Source: Octopus vulgaris (Eukaryota). From it: a DNA stretch of 64,000 bases. Both the position numbers and the translations under genes were made by a program. A model generated the notes under the pieces. It saw only the letters and a program-made list of their open reading frames with translations. It did not search any database and was not told the origin of the DNA. The DNA lies in the NCBI GenBank assembly GCA_951406725.2, contig OX597815.1, positions 202,182,001 to 202,246,000 on the forward strand, given 5' to 3'. Positions 41,017-53,493 of the stretch are shown piece after piece. Numbering within the stretch: the first letter of the stretch is position 1; each line of letters begins with the position of its first letter.

Positions 41017-42508
41017 TATTTCTTTATTCTACAAGAAATCTAATTTCGTTACATATTTACAACACCCTTCAATAGTTAGAATTAAACTTACAGAATAGAA
41101 ACAACTTTTTTCTGCCGAGAAAAATCTATATAACTACATCGTGCCTCATACGCTGCAACTAAAAAAAAACAGAAAGCAGTAACAATCAGATTATAACGGG
41201 TTAACTACAAGCGTTTCAAAGCACCAATTATATCAATATATGCATAATTAGTAATATTTGTTTATAACAAATTATTTCCTTAACCATAACATTTTTGCGT
41301 TTTTGGTGGCGAAGCCAATCCTTGTGTATCAGCAGCATACATTGATTAATGTTTTGCATCACAGGACAAGCGGTCGTATATTAGGCTGTGGAAATTGGGT
41401 TTATTTGGAAAGCCTTCTCTTGCATTTGATCGATGATTCTCTTGAAGGTAATACGTTAGACAACAGGAGATAACATACCATAAATTTTCTACAGAATGGC
41501 TCTTAAATCCAAATGAATCGATGTCAGCAAATATAGGAAACAAAGCAACTGCACTGGAATGAAAGTCAGTCATCCAATACCATATTTTATTCGGCTAATT
41601 TCATCAATAGTGCATAGTATCAATATAATGGAATACGTAGGGAACAACAAAATGGTCAGATAATATCCTTATTGTATTCACAAGAAAGCTAATGTTATAT
41701 GTGTGTGTGTTTTTGTGTGTGCGTGTGTGTGAATTTGTGTGTGTGTTCCTATGTTTGTATGTGCGTATGTATGTATATATAAAGACTCAAACTTATTAGT
41801 GCTACACTCATCTGTTATATAGTGAGAAAAGTGTTATGAAAAATGTGTCCATAGAGCCAATATTGCCGCGGAAAATATTTTGCCAATTATTGAATAAATG
41901 CAAAAAATAAGTAAACGAATATTGAATTTTCTTTCTGGTTCAGATTTCTCATGCAAACTATTTATCAAAATACATGCCAAACTTAACACAGAACCAATAA
42001 TGTATACATATATATGTAGATAGTTTCTCATAGAACTAGAGTTATATCGTTATGTATGATAAGTAAGATAGCATAAACGACAGAGAACGGAAGAAATAGA
42101 AACTAGAAAAATAAGATTCTGCATATGTTTATAAATGTAATGCGGTGAGTTATTACTCAGCAGCATATTTTAGTAACAATTGCTGTGTTCAATAAACAAA
42201 CATGTGCTTTTAAATCCTATTTTTCCAGCTCTTCCTGTTTCTAGGTCGAGAAATAGGAAGCTACATGAATGAATATTGGAATGCATTCATATCTTGGAAT
42301 TTGGTAATTTGGAAAGTTAACTTTGTTCTCTTGTCCGCAAATATCGTAACTTAAACCGTAGCCCTAAATTATGACAAGTTGCAGTGTATTTCTCAGGTTT
42401 CGCTATTTTTGCACAATGTAATTTGGAGTAACATTATTGAAAAATTATCGAGAGAAAGTAAGAAGTAAAAACAGTCAGTGCCAAAGACTGTACAAGAGCG
42501 AGAGCGTC

Positions 42509-42545
<37 letters not shown>

Positions 42546-43225
42546 GATAGAGACAGAGACAGAAAGAGAAAGGGAGAAATGGTTGGGACTGTGATTAGGC
42601 CGATATTAATATCATATGAAAACGTAGCGGCATGAATCAAAACAGACACTCGAGTAAGTATATAATGGGGCAATGGTATATGTAATAATGAGAACCAGAA
42701 AATTTCGATCTATAGAGAATACAACCGAAATTATTATACACGGAAAACTACTTTTGCAATATTTTGCATTAGTTTCCGCTACCTTATACGCAATATTTTC
42801 GAACTGAAATTATTAATTTTTCCTAAATCGTTTACGGATGTTTTACATGAAATGAAATCATGCTAGTTTATTTTACGTTTTATTTTACATAAAGATGCAA
42901 TTATACATAGACATACGGACAGTTTCTTTCAGCTCAAACTATACAAATAGAATTTGTTTCATTTCTAATACATTTATCTTGTTTCTAACTTATTAAATCA
43001 CCTTTAGTTTACATTTTTGCTACATACAAACATGAATCTATTCTTTTCATCATTGTTTCAGAAGTTTGCTTCTAAAGAGTTGATGTTCAAAATAATGGAG
43101 ACATCATACAAATATGTATGCGTGTGTCTGTAACTGTGCGTGTGTGTTTGCGTGCGTGTGTATATGTGAGTGGGCATATGTATATCTGCATGTGTGTGTG
43201 CGCACGCGTGTGTGTACGTGTGTGA

Positions 43226-43280
<55 letters not shown>

Positions 43281-43777
43281 AACAGAGGGAGAGAGAGAGA
43301 GAGAGATGCAGAACAGATATAGATATATATATCTGCATAAGAGTCTATGCAAACACGTATATATATGGAAAGAAAATATGAATCATATAGACCAACTGCA
43401 AGCGTCATCATCGATTCCTCGTGATATTCAAACAAAACAAGATGATTTATGCAGACCTTCTGAAGGTGTCACGAACACGGATCACTCAGCAGAGAATGTT
43501 ATTCAGAAGAAACAAGTTAGATTCTTTAAATATTTTGTAAATAGGAAACGATATTGTAAAGATGTTGGACAGGAAAATTACTACGAAATTATTTGCAGAT
43601 CTATCAGCCTGAACAAATTGTATATTTGAAAATCCGTTCTTTGTACATAATCTTTAGTTTGGAATGAGAAATTTCTGTGACATTTATAATATATTAATGT
43701 TGATTTTGTAGCAAACATTTTCCGAGTTGTGTATTGAAGGCATCATCCGTCGTTCTAAATCTCATGTATATATATAT

Positions 43778-43843
43778 AGGCGCGGGAGTGGGTGTGTGGT
43801 AAGTAGCTTGCTAACCAAACACATGGTTCCGGGTTCAGTCCAC
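43778..43843 (+). mobile_element. Head-only fragment of SINE family A
   Basis: GGAGTGGGTGTGTGGTAAGTAGCTTGCTAACC..GGTTCAGTCC. Confidence 0.85.
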
Positions 43844-43992
43844 GATCGTACTGCATTGCCTCTGGATATCTTTGTTGCTTATTTATACTTTGAAATTGTA
43901 TGGATAATACGGTACTAAATTCAGATGCCTCAACTTAAGTACCATATTCATCTGAATCTAAATTTTTGCTTATATACATATATATATATATC

Positions 43993-44546
<554 letters not shown>

Positions 44547-44925
44547 TATAATATTTTTGGTCTAATGGATATATGTCGATTAGTGCGTTGAAGTGTTAAG
44601 TAGAACACTGGCACTGTTTGGGCTACCTGGTGTCATCCGCAGTCGGGGTATATTTCCACTGGATCTAATTCAGTAGTTCCGCAGTGTTGTTTGAGATAGT
44701 AATAATAATAATTTCTTAAGTGATGGATTTGGTGCTAATATTTACTTTGTGCAACGGTCGCTTTGACTCATCTTGCTAGCGTCCCTCTTAATTGAGACTC
44801 CTCTCAACATGTTGTGTTGCATCAATTTTGTAGGCAGTGACTCATCAAGTAAATCTATACATAAAGAGGATTCGTGTCTCGCTAAACATTCTTAGTTTTA
44901 GCCTTCATGTTATATATGCCCGTTT

Positions 44926-45311
44926 AGGAGACGCAATGGCCCAGTGGTTAGGGCAGCGGACTCGCGGTCGTAGGATCGCGGTTTCGATTCCCAGACCGGG
45001 CGTTGTGAGTGTTTATTGAGCAAAAAACACCTAAAGCTCCAAGAGGCTCCGGCAGGGATGGTGGTGATCCCTGCTGTACTCTTTCACCACAACTTTCTCT
45101 CAATCTTACTTCCTGTTTCTGTTGTACCTGTATTTCAAAGGGCCGGCCTTGTCACTCTCTGTGTCACGCTGAATATCCCCGAGAACTACGTTAAGCGTGC
45201 ACGTGTCTGTGGAGTGCTCAGCCATTTGCACGTTAATTTCACGAGCAGGCTGTTCCGTTGATTGGATCAACCGGAACCCTCGTCGTCGTAACCGACGGAG
45301 TGCTTCCATCC
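44926..45311 (+). mobile_element. tRNA-derived SINE family C (tail type 1), full length
   Basis: Perfect 12-bp TSD ATATGCCCGTTT at 44914-44925 and 45312-45323. Confidence 0.95.
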
Positions 45312-45619
45312 ATATGCCCGTTTGGTTAAGGAATTAATCATCACTACAAATTTCTGTTACTGTTATCTATTCTCAATAAGAGTTGCAAAAACTTGTAAAT
45401 ATAGACAAATAATTGTTGATTGAGAAAAATCATTACAGGGGAATTTAATGGATGGATAGGGATGGACTGAGGTTTATGATAGAGGAATGGTATTAGAAGA
45501 AGGAAGGGAAAAATATACAGGATGTAATATCTAGTGGGTGAAGGGTTGTTTAGCTAGCTAGCTTAGATCAAGATGCGTATACGCACATACACACACACAC
45601 ACATCTTTGCTCGTAAATG

Positions 45620-45827
45620 CACTCACACAGGGGATGTTGGCCAAACGCCCATACGGCCAATCTCGGCCGTAGTTCGTATAATTTATGGTTGTAAGATAAC
45701 CTTATGAGTGATTCACTTTCAATGATATAGACGTCAAGGGCGTCAGACTATATCCGTACTACTCCATTCTCGAGGCGAGCGTGACGACACACTACTCACA
45801 CAGGGGTCAATGTCCCCTGTGTGAGTG
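45620..45827. mobile_element. Small MITE-like element with about 20-bp TIRs
   Basis: CACTCACACAGGGGATGTTG (45620-45639) and CAATGTCCCCTGTGTGAGTG (45808-45827) are 18/20 complementary. No clear TSD. Confidence 0.65.
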
Positions 45828-45903
45828 GCTGATCTAAGCTAGGTAGGTAAACAACCTTTCATCCCCTATACACTGCAGACTGCATACACACACACACACA
45901 TAC

Positions 45904-45939
<36 letters not shown>

Positions 45940-45943
45940 TTAC

Positions 45944-45980
<37 letters not shown>

Positions 45981-46161
45981 GCTTCTCCTTATACCATTCC
46001 TGTGTCTTAAACGCAATGTAACTCAATCCATTTCTGTCCATCCATTAACCTCTCCAACGGCCATTTTATTTATCAACAATTATTTGTCTATTTTTACAAA
46101 CGATTGCAACTCTTATCGAAGTAAGATAACAGTATTAGAAAATTGTAGTGATGCTTTATTC

Positions 46162-46189
<28 letters not shown>

Positions 46190-46192
<3 letters not shown>

Positions 46193-46599
46193 CAACATAC
46201 CCCCACCCTCAGCCTAACCCACACACCACCCTTACTTTCCCCACTCTGGCCTTCCCCACATCCCAACACGATCACACCATACCACACACCACTACACCAT
46301 ACAGCACCATATCACGCAATACCACATCACATCACATCACACCACCACGCACACACTAGCAATGACCACTTCCCACCTCCAACCCATCATCCACACACCT
46401 ACACATACACGCACGCACATTTCAAGGTCACCAGCTCTCTTCACACGCACATACATGCTCTCTTATACACACGCACGCGCACCTTCGATTTGGGATCGTA
46501 ACTACTTTATTATCTCCCCTTCTTCCCAGCTCTCCTATGTGACCCCTCTGTCTGGCATTCACTCCTTGTTTCTTTCTGTGTTCTTTTCTGTGGAAGAGC

Positions 46600-46600
<1 letters not shown>
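46190..46600 (+). mobile_element. H2-related element truncated within the hammerhead motif, preceded by a C/A-rich segment
   Basis: CTCCTTGTTTCTTTCTGTGTTCTTTTCTGTGGAAGAGCG aligns with 28652-28693, then (TA)n begins. (TA)n also lies on the 5' side. Confidence 0.6.
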
Positions 46601-46680
<80 letters not shown>

Positions 46681-46774
46681 TGCGCGTGTACGTGTATGTG
46701 TGTGTGTGTACGTATGTATTTAATATACGAACAAAAGAAAGAGTGATACACACTTATAAATCTATATATATATG

Positions 46775-46886
<112 letters not shown>

Positions 46887-47772
46887 TTGCAAACCCTGCT
46901 TGTGAGAGAAGCACAAATATCAACGTATTCCTCCACAATTTATATGCAGAAATAAGAGGTTGATATTTTGACGAAAGTTTCAATCCCCACCAACAGACGC
47001 AAGGAATTTACTTTCACACTCAGTTGCATTGTATAATTTATTCAACTGCCATGCAAAATTGTCATGAAAGTGTAAGCTTAATATTTTGGCCCCGAGGTTT
47101 TGTCATCAATTAATAATACAAATATTGTTTGCTATATAGATACACATGTGTGTGTTATTGCATATAACTGAAATATAACTCCATTGGTATCTACGTGTTT
47201 CTCCAAATGTCGCTCATGCATTAAATTTTTGTCTATCTTTCAGTAAGAAATATAAAACTAAAGGAGATAAAGATCAATAATTTACTTGCAGACCGTTTTG
47301 TAATAGAGAGTGATGTAAAAGAAAATTAGATGATAAAGTTTATGATATCCTATTATTTAATAGTAATCATGCAGAATATTTCGATTCCGCAATCATTCAA
47401 ATGGATTAGAAAATAAACCATGATTTTAATTTGTATTTCTATGGTTAGAATTTCGTCTTTCTTTTTAGCCTTTTTTAAACATTATTTCTTCTTCTTCTGA
47501 ATAAGGTTATTTTAAGCTACTGGTTGATGCGTCTTAGGTTTAGTCAGAATAAGAACATTAGTTTGGGATGCAATTTCGCTCGGAAAGAAATAATATATAT
47601 ATACCCTGGATTAAATTGCATTCACTGATTGCATCCATAATTTAGGAATAGTAATCCTAAGATGTGCATATGGAGAATTATTATGTTTTAAAATACAGAA
47701 TCATTGTAAACAATATATAATTTTATTTTTAATAATAATATAATGATAATAACAATTAATGCAGTCATTGAA

Positions 47773-48555
47773 TTATAGCTTGTTGTTACTGATAATCTGA
47801 AATTTATCATTTGGAAACAATATTAGAAAAGTGGTGTATGCATGAGATACGCCATCCCGCACGTGACACTACAATGCTCCTGTGGATACCGAAAACTAAA
47901 ATTCCATGTTGTCGTTATAATTTGACGGTAATTAACTTCTACACAAAATGTACCATGGATTGATTCTCAATACATTTTAATATACACAAGCACAAATGGC
48001 TTTGGGGTGGTTATTCGCCTTGTAGATACGCAATTTTGCATTTAAATCCGGTGTTTGGAAATTTCGAGAGAAATATTCCGATCAATGCCTGGCGAATGGA
48101 TTCTAATGAAGTGAAACTGCGCAGAACTTGCCGTATACGTGCACACAAGCATGCACACGCACACATACACACACACACACTCCCCTCTCTCTCATTCTCT
48201 CTCAAACACAAATACATATCCACACACGGACACTCTTATTGCTAGCGAATAAAAAATATGTACACGGCAAAAAAATTTTGAGTAAGCCTTCAGTTGAATT
48301 TGTTTTAATTATAACTCGACATAGAAGATATTTTTACATACACACACATACGCACAGATATATGTATTTATAAATTTATAGCTTGTTGTTACTGATAATC
48401 TGAAATTTATCATTTGGAAACAATATTAGAAAAGTGGTGTATGCATGAGATACGCCATCCCGCATGTGACCCTACAATGCTCCTGTGGATAACGAAAATT
48501 AAAATTCCATGTTGTCGTTATAATTTGACGGTAATTAACTTCTACACAAAATGTA
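47773..48555 (+). repeat. 180-bp direct duplication (47773-47952 and 48376-48555)
   Basis: TTATAGCTTGTTGTTACTG...ACACAAAATGTA is present twice, with about 4 substitutions by eye. Confidence 0.95.
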
Positions 48556-48745
48556 ACCTCGTGTGTACCGTTGGGGATTTTTTTTCCTCTGTCTTCCCTA
48601 CTCTGGATCTTTCCTCCTCCTATGTTTCCGACGAAGAGCTCCGCTCGAAACGTTAAACCCTCCTTCTTTCCTTCTTTCCTGAGCGTCCAATAATACTATA
48701 TTTGTTCCACGTTGTTGTGTTTTTTTTGTGCTTTCTTGTTTGGAT

Positions 48746-48749
<4 letters not shown>
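48556..48749 (+). mobile_element. Short Penelope-pLTR-like element with a minimal hammerhead motif (family H1)
   Basis: 48624-48658 is GTTT-CCGACGA-A-GAGC-TCC-GCTC-GAA-ACGT-T-AAAC. Ends GGATTAAC(TA)n exactly as the copy at 19285. Confidence 0.75.
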
Positions 48750-48790
<41 letters not shown>

Positions 48791-49123
48791 AAAAGGAGAG
48801 AGAGGGAAAAGGATTCCTCGAGCTAGTTCTTTGCACACCTAGCAACACGTGCGCATTATCGCATTAAGGAAACAGACCATATGCTTATTGCTCTGATCTT
48901 GTCTTTTCCCTTGAGCTTACATTCTATAATTACTTTAGTAGTTCTCGTCTAAACCTTTCTTTCATTTCACTTTCCTTGATTTTGTCATATTCCAAAATCC
49001 CCATTTACTTATAGCTATTAGTCTCAATATCCTTAATTTTCTCGCCACTGGTTTCTTCTACACCATTAGAGAGCACTACATTACCTTTATGTATTGTAAG
49101 CATACCACAATTTTTTGCCTCTA

Positions 49124-49173
<50 letters not shown>

Positions 49174-49189
49174 CATTATTATTATTATT

Positions 49190-49294
49190 CGGTCTTCCAA
49201 AAGATTATTATTATATATTGTCTTTGCACAGCTTCTATCACCGGAGGTGCCAGCTGTTCACTACTAGTTAACTAAGGTAACACTATTATTATTA

Positions 49295-49389
<95 letters not shown>

Positions 49390-49605
49390 TTATGTTTCAC
49401 TTTTGCTTTGCACTTGTACAAGTTGACTCCAAGTCTCACCCAGAGACCTCAAGAGACAAGTCAGAAGTTCATGTTGGTGTTAGGAGTAGAGTGTCATATA
49501 TTTGGTTTTGTACATAGTATTGTTCTAGAGAATGTTTAAGACAACGTAAGAAAACTGAGTTTGTTTTAAAATTAGAAATTACATAGACAATATTTTACAT
49601 AGGGT
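49190..49605 (-). mobile_element. Two 3'-UTR stubs of Dong/R4-type LINEs within (ATT)n
   Basis: 49217-49284 matches the 3' UTR at 14058-14135. 49390-49605 begins with LCKILSM* (compare LRKVLSV* and LRRALSM* in other copies) and ends in (TAA)n. Confidence 0.7.
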
Positions 49606-49607
49606 TG

Positions 49608-49610
49608 TTT

Positions 49611-49651
<41 letters not shown>

Positions 49652-49710
49652 GCCGTCGTCGTCGTCGTCGTCGTCGTTGTTGTTGTTGTTGTTGTTGCTG
49701 TTGTTGTTGT
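49608..49710. repeat. (TTG)n(GTC)n microsatellite
   Basis: Directly visible. Confidence 0.95.
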
Positions 49711-50336
49711 CTGTGGAGTACGGCAGACGTGTTTCTGAAGACTCTGAAGTGATTTCTCATTTATTTTATTACATACACCCTTTTGCTGCTTGTTTTTGTT
49801 TAGAATTTTAACTGTAGTTGTTACTGAAAACCCCGGATGCCTGTTGCTGTTTCTTTTATTTGGTGACTGTTTAGCCCTCAGGGGGCAAATTTCGGCCCTC
49901 CTAAAAATCACCCGTGGGGCGTTTTAAAAACAATGATTCATGAAGATGGCGGCGTCTACATTAAAACTTGTGAAACAAAAATCAGTTCTGCTCCCCACCC
50001 TTCCTATAGCTTAAGACTTCCCCCCACTTCCTTCTCTTAAGTAAAATAATGCAGAAGAAGTGGGGAGACAAAAGTGATGGTAACGAGCAATGCACTTGTC
50101 TGTGAAGTGAAAGAAGAGATGAGCAGTGGAAAAAATATTTACAACAAAAACGGCAGTAACAAATGAGTCCATAGTGGAAGTGACAAAAGCAATAGTAGTC
50201 GTGGCAGTAGAGACGAGAATTGCGAGGTTGTGAAGTATAGCAGCAGTAATGACAGCTTCGACAGAAGCAGTAAGAGTAGCAGCTCAGCTGGTGGTAGAGT
50301 GGTTGGAGGCAGCAGTGATAGTGGTAACAGTTATAA

Positions 50337-50753
50337 AAGGCGGCGAGCTGGCAGAATCGTTAGCACGCCGGGCGAAATGCGTAGCCGTATTTCGTCTGCG
50401 GTTACGTTCTGAGTTCAAATTCCGCCGAGGTCGACTTTGTTTTTCATCCTTTCGGGGTCGATAAATTAAGTACCAGTTACGCACTGGGGTCGATGTAATC
50501 GACTTAATCCGTGTGTTTGTCCTAGTTTGTCCCTTCTGTGTTTAGCCCCTTGTGGCTAGTAAAGAAATAGGTATTTCGTCTGCCGTTACGTTCTGAGTTC
50601 GAATTCTGCTGAGGTCGACTTTGTTTTTCATCCTTTCGGGGTCGATAAATTAAGTACCAGTTACGCACTGGGGTCGATGTAATCGACTTAATCCGTGTGT
50701 CTGTCATTGTTTGTCCCTTCTGTGTTTAGCCCCTTGTGGGTAGTAAAGAAATA
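50337..50753 (+). mobile_element. SINE family B, full length plus a tandem 5'-truncated second unit
   Basis: Head GGCGGCGAGCTGGCAGAATCG and B box GAGTTCAAATTCC; the second unit starts at 50571. 14-bp TSD GGTAACAGTTATAA at 50323-50336 and 50754-50767. Confidence 0.94.
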
Positions 50754-50924
50754 GGTAACAGTTATAACAGCGCAAGTGGCTACAACCCCACCGCCACAAC
50801 CACCATCAGTATGACTTCTTCCGTCTGAGCCTCAGAAGAACCCTTTGCACTCTTTCTAGAGGATAACGCCTCTAAATTAGATAAGTTTCAGAAAATAGAG
50901 GGAAGAAGAGCTGAATCAATACTT

Positions 50925-51455
50925 TTTGCGTTCTGAGTTCAAAATCCGCTGGGGTTGACTTTGCACTGGAGTCGATGTAATAAACTAGTCCTCTCCCCAT
51001 AAAATTTCAGGCCTTGCGCCTTTAGTAGACAGTGCCATTATTAAATTATATTGTTGCTGTTGTTGTTTCTATCATTGGTGTTGCTCTTATTGATCATATT
51101 CGAATCAAGTTATTAAGAGATAATGTAATGCCTGGATTATGCTAACAACATTTCTCCTCATTAAGAACTTATCCAACCGCTTCTTAAAACTATTTCCGTT
51201 TGTTGGGTTTTGCTTTCAATAGTAAGTCATTAACATTGAGAAAATCTGTTTATCAAATTAAACAGTGTTTCCGGATGCATCTAGCATACTCAAATACATG
51301 TTAATTATACATATGACATTGCGGCATTTCGTCTGTCGTCATGTTCTGAGTTCAAGTTCTGCCGAAGTCGATAAAATACTAGTTGGACACTAAATTTGAT
51401 GTAATCGACTTAACACTCCACTGAATTAGTTGGCCTTGAGGCAAAATTTGAAACA
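50925..51455 (+). mobile_element. Two decayed SINE family B fragments (about 50925-51030 and 51320-51455)
   Basis: GTTCTGAGTTCAA..GTCGATGTAAT..GGCCTTG motifs. Confidence 0.7.
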
Positions 51456-52498
51456 AGCTATGTATTTGACACACATAAATGACACGATATATATTATCTT
51501 CCGCGAAATTTGATAAGGATGTGCTCTCGCTTCTAAATTTGTCCGATGGGTCAAAGCTTTTGAAATTTCTTACAATATTTAGACAGTAAACTATTCATTT
51601 CTTTAGTAAATGTTAGACATTAGCACGTATTGTTTCTAAATTATGTCTTAAATATAAAATGAAGAGAATTTCAGGGCACATTGCAAATACAATCTATCTC
51701 ACGACAGACAGTATTTCGCGCATTTGTGTTTTATTGAGAGATGTAATAGCATGCTAACAACGTACATGTTACATTAGAACATGTAAAACGTACATTAGAA
51801 AAATCCGAAGTATTATTTAAAAGATTCAATAGAATCATGAGTAAAAAGTTAAGACCACTCATGATGGTATTAAGATATCAAGCCATCAAGTTGTTTAGAC
51901 TGTTTCATATCATAGATAAGGGCGTTTTCCACATAATTAATTCTCTAAATACGCATATATTTTGCTTACTGTACATGTTGGAATACTGTGCACACAGGCC
52001 AATTGAAAGATAAATAAATTGTAACAATTCTCTTATTTGAAATATGTAAAATTCATCCTATTTACATCGAAATGTTAATACATATGTAAGTAAACAAGAT
52101 AAGATGCCACACACACACACACACACAGAGAGAGAGAGAAAGAGACAGTGGTAGAGAAACTGGATAACGTTGCTGTTTCTGAAACGCCATAATATCTCGC
52201 ATCTGTATTACTAACTCTGATGGGAATCATCAATATAGATATACATATTCAAAAACAAGGTAACAGCGGACGAAAATATAATGTCAGATAAACTCAAATA
52301 TATCAATGGAAATAAAGATAGAATAAAGTTATAAAACATCCAACTAGATTCTTTGGATAAGGAACATATGTCAGAATGTATTTTACTATTTACTATGTCA
52401 AGGACAGCAAAACTCCAAACTCTATTCCCAGAATATCACAGTATTATCCGTCACAACTATATTTTCAAAATTATATACACGGCATCATTATTATTCTG

Positions 52499-52848
52499 GT
52501 TGTATACTGTCAATTTAACGGGACAGTAGGGGATTACACCACCGCTGTTTAGCCCTAGGAAGCATCGACGCTTCCTGATGGCTTCGACACATTTTTTCTT
52601 GTGATCTTATATATTTACGAAGGGGAGACAAACACCCCCAGCAGCCAGGCCTGCATCTAGAGACACGCATGGTTCAGGATCTTTGTCCATCATCGGTCTA
52701 GAGTAGCAGAAGCCCGCCAGCCGCAGATATCTGTCCCGACTTCGTAAATATATATATCTAATATTCAGTGAAGTTTATTCACTGATTACCAAAATCAGAA
52801 ATATTAAATTTCTGAATATCTCATAGAGATATGTACGGTGGTGGGGCG
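52499..52848 (-). mobile_element. About 350-bp retrozyme/Penelope-pLTR-like monomer (family H3) with 12-bp TSD
   Basis: ATTATTATTCTG at 52487-52498 and 52849-52860; homology to 43993-44451; hammerhead-like motif at 52656-52702. Confidence 0.82.
52656..52702 (-). ncRNA. Type I hammerhead-ribozyme-like motif
   Basis: Minus strand: TCTAGA-CCGATGA-T-GGA-CAAAGA-TCC-T-GAA-CCATGCGTGT-C-TCTAGA. Stem II covaries with the 44-kb copy (GGA/TCC versus GGG/CCC). Confidence 0.65.
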
Positions 52849-53092
52849 ATTATTATTCTGTTTAGAGATAATTTTTTCGCAAATAATCTTTTGTTTTAAT
52901 TTTCTTTATTTGTCAGTCTCATCAACTTATTTGACAGTCATATATATATTAGCACTCGAAATAATATCACATTTCAAAGGTAGATCATTTCTTAGTAAAA
53001 AAAATCATGACAGAGGGCAGATTATCAATATAAGGTTAATATTTAAATTTAATGTAAAAAGAATGCAGGACAGTCCGGACAAAATGTTAAAC

Positions 53093-53277
53093 GGCGTAGG
53101 AGTGGCTATGTGGTAAGTAGCTTGCTTACGAACCACATGGTTTCGGATTCAGTCCCACTGCGTGGCACCTTGGGCAAGTGTCTTCTACTTGCCACGTGCC
53201 GACAAAAGCCTTGTGAATGGATTTGTTACACGGAGACTGAAAGAATCCCGTCGTATATATGTATATATATATATGTC

Positions 53278-53308
<31 letters not shown>

Positions 53309-53493
53309 TTGTATGTCTGTGTTTGTATGTCTGTGTTTGAAAACATCGCATGACAACCGATGCTGGAGTGCTTACGACGACCGATAGAATAAGTACTAGA
53401 CTTACAAAGAATAAGTCCTGGCGTCGATTTGTTCGACTAAAGGCGGTGATCCAGCATGGCCACAGTCAAATAACTGAATTAAGTAAAAGAGTA
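53093..53493 (+). mobile_element. SINE family A, full length
   Basis: Aligns end to end with 40578-41016, apart from an internal deletion. Confidence 0.92.
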
